From contig NC_086097.1 in NCBI RefSeq assembly GCF_963921235.1, positions 37,264,001 through 37,328,000 of the forward strand: 64,000 nucleotides of DNA. Direction: 5' to 3'. The translations under genes and the position numbers were made by a program. Of the stretch, positions 35,701-47,700 are shown one piece after another; within the stretch, counting starts at the first letter, position 1, and each line of letters starts with the position of its first letter. The stretch comes from Mobula hypostoma (Eukaryota). The notes under the pieces are model-generated. The model was not told where the DNA came from and ran no database searches. It saw only the letters and a list, made by a program, of their open reading frames with translations.

Positions 35701-38700
35701 GAGGAAAAAAATAATAAGGTAGTGCGTACGGATTTATCGTACATCAGATGGATTCATTGTCCAACTGATGGTAGAGGGGAAGAAGCTGTTCCTAAATTGG
35801 TGAGTGCATGTCTTCATGCTCCTGTACCTCCTCCTTGATGGTAGGGATGAGAAGAGGGCATGTCCCAGGTGATGGGGGTCCTTAATGGTGGAAGGCGCCT
35901 TTTTGAGGAATTGCCTTTTGAGGATGTCCTTGTTGATGGGGTGGCCTGATGGAGTTGGCTGAGTTTGCAACTCTCTATAGCTTTTTTCAATCCTTGCATC
36001 CTCTATCCCCGATGGTGATGCAACCAGTTAGAGTGTTCTCCACAGTACATCTGTAGAAGTTTGCTAGAAACTGAAATTTGTGAAAGAGACTGAAACATTT
36101 ACCTTTAGGTCCCAAGTTAAACTCCATTCCTTCTGAATCAGTTCCATCCTGCCCTTTGGATGCTGTGTGAAGAAAATTGTTAACAATCTCAATCCATTGT
36201 CTCAGCTGAGCTGAGGATCTCTTTTACCAGTCATTCCCATCGCACACTAATTTCCCTGTGACCCATTCCATCATGTATACCCATGAAAGCTACATGGTTC
36301 TTCCACTTGTCACCTTCACTAGGTGTAACACAGAAACACCAGAAGTATATATTTAGGAGAAAACTGGAAAACCCGTTTAATTAGGAACAATGTGCAAACT
36401 TCCACATAGAAAATGCAGGAGATCAGAATTCACCAGAGTTATTGAGCTGGCGAGGAAGGTACACAACTATCTTTTACCACTATATAAAAATGTACGTTCA
36501 TTTTTTTATTGATTTAGTTCTTAATTTTGCTTCTTTTTTTTTTAATCTTGACTGTATCCTTTCATTTCACATGGACAGTCAAAAACAAATGGAATGAAGT
36601 GGGAATAGAGGGAGAATGAAAAGCCTACACAAAAAAATTCAGTCACCGTTTCTAAAACTATTCACTCAGTCCTTTTATTTGTTAATACCTTTCTACTTCC
36701 AATTATTTTTATGTCAAGTTAACTACAGTACTGAAAGTAGTTTAGGAAATGAAGACATGGATGGGGGGGCCAGCAAGCAAGGGAGTTTCCCTGTAGTACT
36801 ACAGGACAATAAGACATAGAAGAAGTAGTAGGCCATTCAGCCCATTGACTCTGCTCAGCAATTCAATCATGGCAAATTTATTTTCCTTCTAAACCCCTTT
36901 CTCCTGTTCTCACCCCATAACCTTTGCCATTAAAACCTATCAACCTCTGTTGAAATATACCCAAGGACTTGGGCTCCACAGCCATCTGTGGCAACGAATT
37001 CCACAGATTCAACAAACCTGCTGGAAAAGCCTTCCTTATTTCTTTTATAAAGGGACATCCTTCTAATCTGAGGCTGTGCCCTCTCCCATCATCTCCATGT
37101 CCACACTGTCTAGGCCTTTCATATTTGGTAGGTTTCAACGAGACACCCCCCCCCCCCCCCCGCCGTTCAAGTACAGAAAGATAAAACACTCCTCATGTGT
37201 CATCCAGGGATCATTCCAGTAAATCTTCTGAATCTGTTCCAATGCCAGCACATCCTTTCCTAGATATGGGCCCAAAGCTGCTGTAATATTTTAAATGTGG
37301 TCTGACCAACGCCTTATAAAGCCTCAGCATTACATTTTTACTTTTATATTCTAATCCTCTTGAAATGAATGTTAACAGTGCATTTGCATTCCTTACTACA
37401 GACTCAACATGAAAGTTAATCTTCAGGGAGTTCCGCACTAGGACTCATAGCCTCTTTGCACCTCTGATTTCTGAACTGTATCCACATTTAGAAAGTAATT
37501 ACTACTTTATTCCTTCTACCAAAGTGCATAACCATAGACTTCCCCAGACTGCAATCCAGCTACTACTTCTTTACCCATCTCCTAATCTGTTTCAAGTTCT
37601 ACTGCAGGCCTCCTGCTTTCTCAACACTGCCTGCTCCTCCATCTTTCTTTGTATCATCCACAAACCTGGCCACAAAGCCATCAATTCTGAGATAAGAACG
37701 TAAGACATAGGAGCAGAACTAGGCCATTCAGCCCATTGAGTCAGCTTCACCATTCCATCATATCCTGAAGTTATTACCCTTGAGCTCCTTCCTTCCTAAC
37801 TCCTTGTATCCTTTTTTTCCACGACCTCCTTTTTCTACCCGTGTCGTTGGTACCAATATGTACCATGACTTCTGGCTGCTCACCCTCCCTTTTCAGGATA
37901 TTGCAGACGCGTTCAGAAACTTAATGGACCCTGACACCTGATGGGGCAAACTACCATCTGTTTTTCCTTTTCATATCCACAGAATCACCTTTGTGTCCCC
38001 CTAACTATAGAGTCCCCTATTACTGCTCCCATCCTCATCTGTTCCCTACCCTTCTGAGCCACAGGGCCGTACTCAGTGCCAGAGGCACAGCCGCCATTGC
38101 TACCCCCAGGTAGGTCACCCCCCCCCCGCCAACGGTACTCAAAATGGAGTACTTATTGCCATCAGATCATTAACATATAACATGAAAATAACTGACCCTC
38201 TCAGAACACCACTCGTCACCAGAAAGCCCGCTTTATTCCCTTTCTTTGCCTTCTACCAGTCAGCCAATCTTCTGTTCATGCTAGTACCTTCCCTGCAAAA
38301 CCATGGCCTCTTATCTTGTTTAACAGTCTCATGTGTGGCGCCTTGTCAAAGTCCTTCTGAAAGTCCATATAAACAACATTTACTGACTTTCCTTTGTCAA
38401 TCCTGTCTGTTATTTCCTCAAAGAATTCCATAAGATTTGACAGGCAAGATTTCCCCTTAAGCGAATCATACCTGATTTATCTTGCACCTCAGAGTACCCT
38501 AAAACCTCATCCTTAATAGTAGATTCCCCAAGTACCCAAAAACCTCATTCTTAAAAATGGAAACAACAGGAATTCTGCAGATGCTGGAAATTCAAGCAAC
38601 ACACATCAAAGTTGCTGGTGAACGCAGCAGGCCAGGCAGCATCTATAGGAAGAGGCGCAGTCGACGTTTCAGGCCGAGACCCTTCGTCAGGACTAACTGA

Positions 38701-41700
38701 AGGAAGAGTGAGTAAGCGATTTGAAAGCTGGAGGGGGAGGGGGAGATGCAAAATGATAGAAGAAGACAGGAGGGGGAGGGATGGAGCCGAGAGCTGGACA
38801 GGTGATAGGCAGAAGGGGATACGAGAGGATCATGGGACAGGAGGTCCCATTAACTTTGCCTCCAACTTTCACCCTGCCCTCAAGTTTACCTGGTCCATTT
38901 CCGACACCTCCCTCCCCTTTCTAGATCTTTCTGTCTCTGTCTCTGGAGACAGCTTATCCACTGATGTCTACTATAAGCCTACTGACTCTCACAGCTATCT
39001 GGACTATTCCTCTTCTCACCCTGTCTCTTGCAAAAACGCCATCCCCTTCTCGCAATTCCTCCGTCTCCGCCGCATCTGCTCTCAGGATGAGGCTTTTCAT
39101 TCTAGGACGAGGGAGATGTCTTCATTTTTTTAAAGAAAGGAGCTTCCCTTCCTCCACTATCAACTCTGCTCTTAAACGCATCTCCCCCATTTCACGTACA
39201 TCTGCTCTCACTCCATCCTCCCACCACCCCACTAGGAATAGGGTTCCCCTGGTCCTCACCTACCACCCCACCAGCCTCCGGGTCCAACATATTATTCTCC
39301 GTAACTTCCGCCACCTCCAACAGGATCCCACCACTAAGCATATCTTTCCCTCCCCCCCCTCTCTGCATTCCGCAGGGATCGCTCCCTACACAACTCCCTT
39401 GTCCATTCGTCCCCCCCATCCCTCCCCACTGATCTCCCTCCTGGCACTTATCCGTGTAAGCGGAACAGGTGCTACACATGCCCTTACACTTCCTCCCTTA
39501 CCACCATTCAGGGCCCCAAACAGTCCTTCCAGGTGAGGCATCACTTCACCTGTGAGTCGACTGGGGTGATATACTGCGTCCGGTGCTCCCAATGTGGCCT
39601 TTTATATATTGGTGAGACGCGACGCAGACTGGGAGACCGCTTTGCTGAACATCTACGCTCTGTCTGCCAGAGAAAGCAGGATCTCCCAGTGGCCACACAT
39701 TTTAATTCCACATCCCATTCCCATTCTGACATGTCTATCCACGGCCTCCTCTACTGTAAAGATGAAGCCACACTCAGGTTGGAGGAACAACACCTTATAT
39801 TCCGTATGGGTAGCCTCCAACCTGATGGCATGAACATTGACTTCTCTAACTTCCGCTAGGCCCCACCTCCCCCTCGTACCCCATCTGTTACTCTTTTTTA
39901 TGCACACATTCTTTCTCTCACTCTCCTTTTTCTCCCTCTGTCCCTCTGAATATACCTCTTGCCCATCCTCTGGGTCACCCCCCCCCCGTCTTTCTTCCCG
40001 GACCTCCTGTCCCATGATCCTCTCGTATCCCCTTCTGCCTATCACCTGTCCAGCTCTCGGCTCCATCCCTCCCCCTCCTGTCTTCTTCTATCATTTTGCA
40101 TCTCCCCCTCCCCCTCCAGCTTTCAAATCCCTTACTCACTGTTCCTTCAGTTAGTCCTGACGAAGGGTCTCGGCCTGAAACATCGACTGCGCCTCTTCCT
40201 ATAGATGCTGCCTGGCCTGCTGCGTTCACCAGCAACTTTGATGTGTGTTTCTTAAAAATGGAATCTAGTTTCTTGCCAACCACTGAAGTCAGGCTAACTG
40301 GCATATAATTTCCTGAGTTTTGCCTACACCCTCCCCCTTCTTGAAGAGTGGAGTGACATTTGCGATTTACTGCTGATACTAGTAGTAAAGAGTGAGGTGA
40401 CAAACTAAGACGCTGCAGCCCCACCATTAGTGAGAGAATGCAATTACAATGTGAGAAATTCACAGGAAGATTTTCCATTTCATCATTAATGGAATAGTTG
40501 ACATAGAACAGGGTGCCACGATAACGTGGCGGTTAACGCAATGCTTTTACATCGTTGGAGTTAAGAGTTCAATTCCGGCATCCTCTGTAAGGAGTTTGTA
40601 GATCCTTCCCTTAACCGCATAGGTTTCTTCCCACCGTCCAATGGCATGGCGGTTAGTAGGTTAATTGGTTAAATAAGTGGGTTGCTGGGCAGTGCAATTA
40701 GTTAGGCCGGAAGGACCTGTTCCATGCTGCATCTCTAAAGAAACAGTGTCATGTGACAATAGTCAATAACGTTGCAATGGGAGTATGTAAGCCTGGAAAT
40801 TTGATAACGCAGTACTGCTTTCTTTAGTAGACACCTCTGGGTCAAAGTGAAACTGTTCTGGGTTGGTTTACGTCAATCAGAAATTTGGCTGTACATCTCC
40901 CAGAACCATTTACTGCCGCATTACCTGAAGCATTGGGCGGCATGATAGTGTGACGGTTGGTGTAATGCTTTATAGCACGAGCGACCCGGGTGTAATCTGC
41001 ACTCTTTCAGGAGTTTGCATGTTCTCTCACATTCAGGTAGTAAATTGGATGAGATAATGGCAACTTGGGAGAGGCCAGAGAGTTGTAGTAGATGGTTTCC
41101 TCTCTGACTGGAGGTCCATGGCTAGTGGAGTGTTGCAGGCATCGGTGCTGGGATCTGGATGATAACGTGGTTAACTGAATCAGCAAATTTGCAGGTAGAC
41201 AGGGTCATAGAGAAAGCTTTTGGCACATTGGCCTTCATAAATCAAAATATTGAGTAAAGAAGACTAGAATGTTGAAATTGTACAAGACATTGGTGAGTTC
41301 TAATTTGGAGTATTGTGTGCATTCTTGGCCATTTACCTGCAGGAAAGATGTAAATAAGGTTGGAAGAGTACAGAGAAAATTTACAAGGATGTTGCCGGGT
41401 CTGGAGGAACTGAGTTATTAAGACTTTATCCCTTTAAACGTAGCAGATTAAGAGAAGATGTTGCAGGGACAAAGCTGAGGATGAACCCAAGTGCAGGACG
41501 CAGGCGCGGAAGCAGAGACATGAGGCGTTAGCACCGCTGCGAACGGGGAACCGGTATCCAGGAGAGTCTTTACACAGAGACAAGGTTTACGTAGAGTATC
41601 CAGGAAATGATGCGGAGCTTAGAACTAACAGTCCCAAGGAATCGGGAAACAAGGTTTACTCACATTAGAGTTGACCAACAAACTGGCAAAGCATGGCTGT

Positions 41701-44700
41701 GCTGCCCGAGTTCTATCCTATGTTCGCTAACGGGAACCAGGTGTGTTGTAATTAGTGGAACTGGGAATGACTGGAAATCAGACGAGGGGATTAAGGCCCA
41801 ATTAAGGAGGTAATAGCAAGATGGGGAATTGCCAGACAGGACCATGACAGTACTCCCTCCACCCCCCAGGCGATCATCCAGGCTTGTCCGGATGGTCCCG
41901 GTGGATGTCTTAGATGAGGGAGGGGTCCAGAATGAAGGAGCAGGGAACCCAGGAATGCTCCTCTGAGCCGTACCCTTCCCAGTCGAACAGGTATTCGAGC
42001 CCCCTGCCCCGACGGCACACATCTAGTAGCTGCCAGATGGTGTAGGCCGGGTGGTTGTCGACGAATCGGGCGGGTGGAGGGGTTTCGGCCAGAGAACACA
42101 AGGAGCTGACGGAAAGTGGTTTTAATTGGGAAACATGAAAAGTAGGGTGGATGCGCATTGATCTAGGTACTGCTGTGGGGTTGATAATACTTTCGACCTT
42201 GAAAGGTCCCAGGAAGCAAGGGGTGAGTTTCTTAGGCTTGTTTTTGAGAGGGATGTCTTTGGATGAAAGCCACACCATCTGCCCAGCTCGATACTCAAGC
42301 GCAGGAGTTCAGTGTCGATCGGCAGTCGTTCTATTGCAATCGGCTGATCTCAGCAGGGCCGTGTGTGTGTCCTCCCAAACCTTGCGGCACCGATCGATAT
42401 GGGCCTGAACAGATGGCACCACAATCTCCTCTTCTTGCACGGGGAACAGCGGGGGTTGGTACCCAAGGGAGCACTCGAAGGGGACCTTCCGATGGCAGTA
42501 CAAACCAGAGAGTTGTGGGCGTACTTAACCCACGCGAGGTGATCACTCCAGGTAAATGGGTTGTTGGTTGTAATACAACGTAGCGTCGCCTCCAAGTCCT
42601 GGTTGACCTGTTCTGTTTGCCCATTCGTCTGTGGGTGGAAGCCGGATGACAGGCTGACCGAGGCACCTAAGGCTTCACAGAAGGCCTTCCATACCTGCGA
42701 GATGAATTGGGACCTCGATCGGAGACGATATCCACGGGGATTCCGTGGAGGTGGAAGACGTGACGGATGAGAAGGTCTGCGGTTTCCTGAGCAGAAGGGA
42801 GTTTAGGGAGGGCTACAAAGTTTAGTGTGTTGGGACCTCTGGTGCACCGTCTTGGAGAACTGGTCTACCACAGTCAGTACGGTGGTGTTTCCATGTGAAG
42901 GGGGTAGACCAGTGACAAATCTAGGGCGATGTGTGACCAAGGACGACCAGGGACAGGTAGGGGATGAAGTAAACCCGCAGGTGGCCGATGGGAGGCTTTT
43001 CCACGGGCACAGACGGAACATGCAGAGACATAGGAAAGGGTATCCGTCGCCAGGGTCCGATCACTCCTGGGGTGGCAGGCGAACCGAGATGTGTACCCCC
43101 ACCGGAGAACCTGAGATCTGACGGAATCAGGCACAAACAGGCGATCGACAGGTCCATTGCCAGGGTCAGGGTCATCCAGTTGGGCTTCCTTTATTGTGGA
43201 CTCAATCTCCCAAGTGAGGGTTGCCACCACACAGGACGGTGGGAGGATAGTCTGTGGGCTGCAAGTGTCCTCCTTGGAGTCGTATTGGCGGGAGAGCGCA
43301 TCCGGCTTCCCATTCCTGGACCCTGGATGGTACATGAGGGAAAACTTGAGCCATCCAAAAAATAATGCCCAATGGGCCTGGTGGGAGTTCAAACATTTGG
43401 CGGTCTGAATATATCCCAGGTTCTTATGATCAGTCCAAACAATAAATGGGTGTTCTGCCCCCTCTAGCCAGTGCCTCCACTCCTCCAATGCTAGCTTGAC
43501 TGCCGCGCCAGTAGTTCCCGATTCCCCACGTCATAATTCCACTCAGCGGGGGACAGTCGGTGAGAAATGAAGGCACAGGGATGAAGCTTTTCGTCCAGAT
43601 TTGATCATTGGGACAGGACTGCTCCTACCTCGGAATCGGAGGTGTCAACCTCAACAATGAATTGACGGGAGGGGTCCAGTTGGACCAGGATGGGAGCGGT
43701 TGTGAACCGCCTCTTCAGGTCAGTGAATGCCGAATCAGCCTCGGAGTCCCAACAAAAAGGTGTGGTAGGCGAGGTAAGTCGGGTAAGGGGTGCTGCCACC
43801 CAGCTGTAATCCCTGATAAATCAGCGTTAAAAGTTTGCAAACCCCAAAAAACGCTGAAGTTGCTTGCGGGTTGTGGGTCTGGGCCATTCCACTGCCCGGA
43901 TCGTCTCGAGATCTGCCCTCACCTGCCTGCTCACAATGATGTCGCCCAGGAAGCTGGCCAAAGGGATGTGGAACTCACATTTCTCCACCTTCACAAATAC
44001 CTTGTTCTCCCACAGTCTCTGGAGGACTAGACGGACATGGTGAATGTGTTTCTGGGGGCTGCTAGAAAATATTAAGGTATCATCTAGGTAGGCAAACAGG
44101 AAGTGATTAATAAAGTCCCTCAGTACATCATTGATGAGGGCTTGAAAAACGGCGGGGGCATTGGTGAGGCCAAACGGCATGACCAAGTATTCGAGGTGGC
44201 CCTGAGGTGTATTAAAGGCCGACTTCCACTCGTCTCCATCCCTCATCCTGACTAGATTGTAGGCACTACGAAAGTCCAACTTCGAGAAGATGGTGGCTCC
44301 GTGAAGCGGTTCAAATGCCGAGTTAATGAGGAGTAGTGGGTACTTATTTTTAAACTGTTATATTGTTTAGGCCTCGGTAATCAATACAGGGACAAAGCAA
44401 CCCATCCTCCTTCTCTACGAAGAAGAAACCGGCGCCCACCAGGGAGGATGAAGCTCGAATAATGCCCGCCACGAGGGACTCACTGATGTATTTCTCCATG
44501 GCCTCTCTCTCTGGTCGGGATAAGTTATAAAGACGACTGGTGGGTAACTAGGCCCCGGGGAGAAGGTTGATAGCACAATCATACGGGTGGTGTGGAGGCA
44601 GGGAAAGAGCCCATTGTTTGCTGAATACCTGTCCCAGGTCATGGTATTCTCATAGTCATAGTCATACTTTATTAATCCCGGGGGAACTAAGGACAAGTCG

Positions 44701-47700
44701 AAGGGTTCCAAGTCAGGCAGGGTCACGGTAGCCTCCCTAGGGGATGGAGCCGACCGCAGACAGGTGGTGTGGCAAAACGGGCTCCAGCTGGCTATCCTCC
44801 TGGTAGACCAGTCGAAGTAGGGGTTGTGATGGTTCAGCCAGGGATATGCTAGAACTACAGGGGCTTGAGGGGAATGGATGAGATTAAATTGTACCTCCTC
44901 TCAATGGTTTCCGGACAGAATCAAGGTCAGGGGTGGCGTACAGTGGGTAACCCGGGCCAGCAGTTTCCTGTCCAGCGCCCAGGCCTCTAGAGGGGTACTT
45001 AATGGCTCCCGAGGTATTCTGGCCCGGGAGGCTATGTCCTCGTCCAACAGATTTCCCTCGGCTCCAGAATCCACCAAGGCAGATACGGACAGGGACTGTC
45101 GTTGATAGTTCACGGCAGCCGGGATCTGCATCCGGGTCTGGGGGACTGAAGGGAGTGTTGCCTGGCTCACCAGAGTCCCCCTTTCTACTGGTGAGTCCCC
45201 CACTTTAGGCCGCAGAGGACAGGTATCCCGGAAATGTCCAGGCTGGCCGCAATAGTAACAATCCCCAGCTCTCCACCTCCGAAGTCGTTCGGCTGGTGAG
45301 AGACGGTTCCGTCCCAGCTGCATCGGTTCCTCCCCCAGGGTAGTGGGGACGGTCGGAGCAGGAGCTATAATTGGAGCGGCTGGGGAACGGAGGCTGGCTG
45401 AAGATGATAAAGTGGGACGTGGGCTGACCCGAGGGACTGGTCTTTTCTCTTAGACGCTCTTGAAGTCGATTATCGAGCCTGGTGGCTAGAGAGATCAGAG
45501 AGTCCAGGCTGTCCACGTCATCCCTCGCTGCCAGTTCATCTTTTATCTTATCTGAGAGGCCTTGCCTTGTCATTCCACCCAGAGTCGGCTGCTAATGTTC
45601 AGAACTCGATGGAGTATTTTGCTACGCTTCGCAAACCCTGGTAGAGAGTTAGCAAGCGCTTAGCGGCGTCCTTACTGTGAATGGGCTGTTCAAAGACCTT
45701 CCTCATTTCAGAGACGAAGGAGGGGAAAGAGGAACAGACCTCTGGACGGTTGTCCCAGATCGCGGTGGCCTATGCTAAGGCATCCCCTCGTAACAGGCCC
45801 ATGATGTATGCAATCTCTGATCTGTCCGAGTTGTACGTACGTGGCTGTTGCTCAAAGACCAAAGGACATTGTAATAAGAAGGCCCAGCACTTCCCTAGGT
45901 CCCCAGCATAGGGTTCCAGTTCATTCTGTTGCAAGGACGAGGCTGAGGACAAACCCAAGTGCAGGACACAGACGTGGAGGCAGAGTCGTGAGGCGTTAGC
46001 ACCGATGCGAACGGGTAACCAGTATCCAGGAGAGTCTTTACACGGAGACAAGGTTTATGTAGAGTATCCAGGAAATGATGCGGAGCTTAGAACTGACAGT
46101 CCCAAGGAATCAGGAAACCAGTTTTATTCACACTAGAGTCAACCAACAAACTGGCAAAGTATGGCTGTGTCACCGGAGTTTTATCCTATGTTCACTAATG
46201 GGAACCAGGTATGCTGTAATTAGTGAAACTGGGAATGACTGGAAATCAGACGAGGGGATTAAGGCCCAATAAGGAGGTAATAGCAAGATGGGGAATTGCC
46301 AGTCGGGACCATGACAGGAGACTTGACAGAAGTATAAAAATTATGAGGGGTGTAGATAGGGTAAATGCAACCAGGCTTTTTCCACTGAGGTTGGGTGGGA
46401 CTCCAACCAGAGGTCATGGGTTAGGGGTGAAGAGTGATAAGTTTAAGGGGAACATGAAGGGAAACATCTCCACTCAGAGGGTTGTGAGAGTGTGGAACAA
46501 GCTGCCAGCACAAGTGGTGCATGCAAGCTCGATTTCAACATTTAAGAGAAGTTTGGATAGGTACATGGATAGTAGGTGTATAGAGGACTATGGCCCCAGT
46601 GCAGGTTGATAGTAGTTGGGAGTTTAAATAGTTCGGCATGGACTAGATGAGTCAAAGGGATTATTCCTGTGCTATACTTCTCTATGACTCTATTCCAAAA
46701 ACGTATCGGTTAATAGGTTAATTGTCACATGGGTGTAATTGGGTGATGCAGTCTTGTTGGACCAGAAAGTCCTGTTACTGTGCTATATATCTAAGAAGAA
46801 GAAATAGTTTTGTTCTCTGTGCAATCTTCCTGTTGATGAGTAATTTGGTTAGTGTTGTGCTGTGAATACCTGCTGGGAAGTTTAGATTAATAAATTTGCA
46901 ATAATTTTCAGGTAGTCCAGGATCTCTTAAGGTCTATCCTTCCTAGCACCTCTCAGTTTCCTACACTCCAAGGAAAAAATCTTATATCCAACCTCTCCCA
47001 AAACACAGTCCCTAGCAACATCTTCATAAATCTTTTCTGCAATCCTTCCAGTTTAATAACATCTTTTGTATGGCAGGGTGACCAGAACTGTACGCAGTAC
47101 TCCAAGTGAAGCCTCATTGGTGTCTTTTAGAATTGCACCATAATTTGTATACTCAATACCCTGACTGACAGTGATGACTCTTTAAAAAGTTTTGAGGGAT
47201 CTTGAAAGACAGACACTGCATTTCATTCCATCATTTTAGATTTTAATTCTGTTGCACTTTAATTCAATTTTAATTTCGAGCTCCTGCTCAGTAACCAGCC
47301 GTTCCAACCCAACAAGCCCAAGCCACATAATTACAACCATGTGATCCATTAACCGCGTAAACCGTACGTCTTTGGAATGTGGAAGGAAACTGGATCACCT
47401 GTAAGAAACGCACGTGGTCATGGGGAGACTGTACAAACTCCTTACTGACAGCGGTGGGAATTGAAAACCGGTTGCTGCCACTGGGATATGACGTGCTGAT
47501 CACTGCACTACCGTGCCACACACTGAGAATTATCATCGAGGTACAACGTAGAAATTTTCCCTTTGGCTACATAGTCTCAACACCGGCCATCAAACTAAGT
47601 TACACAAAGTTACATTAAGCCTTTTTCTTAATTTTTCCCCACATCCCCATCAACTTTCCCAGATTCCTTCACTCATTGGGGGTAATATACAATGGTGAGC

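Larger units (their letters stand above)
38563..40248 (+). mobile_element. 5'-truncated Penelope-like element (RT C-terminus + GIY-YIG endonuclease + pLTR) with an inverted pLTR at its 5' end
   Basis: [28 protein letters not shown] (RT end) and [30 protein letters not shown] (GIY-YIG, stop at 39859). Inverted repeat 38598-38847 vs 40000-40250. 15-bp TSD TTCTTAAAAATGGAA at 38548-38562 and 40249-40263. Confidence 0.95.
41459..46316 (-). mobile_element. Decayed Ty3/Gypsy chromovirus LTR retrotransposon (Tf1/sushi-like) in SIX4 intron 3, antisense to the gene
   Basis: Two ~390-bp TG...CA LTRs. 5-bp TSD GAAGA/GGAGA (one mismatch). Gag with [14 protein letters not shown], protease [26 protein letters not shown], RNase H, integrase GPF motif, chromodomain [22 protein letters not shown] at 41850-41870. 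Many stops and frameshifts. Confidence 0.96.
41035..46692 (+). mobile_element. CR1 3' fragment split by the Gypsy element (pieces about 41035-41458 and 46317-46692)
   Basis: CR1 RT C-terminal sequence is continuous across the LTR element (agattaaga-g[a/g]aga-cttgacagaag). (TCTATGAC)n tail at about 46680. Confidence 0.85.

Noticed and set aside
46233..46242. Alternative self-priming partner GAATGACTGG in the LTR
   Set aside because: It needs a bulge and lies upstream of the TATA-like box on the element strand, so it is probably not in the transcript 5' end.
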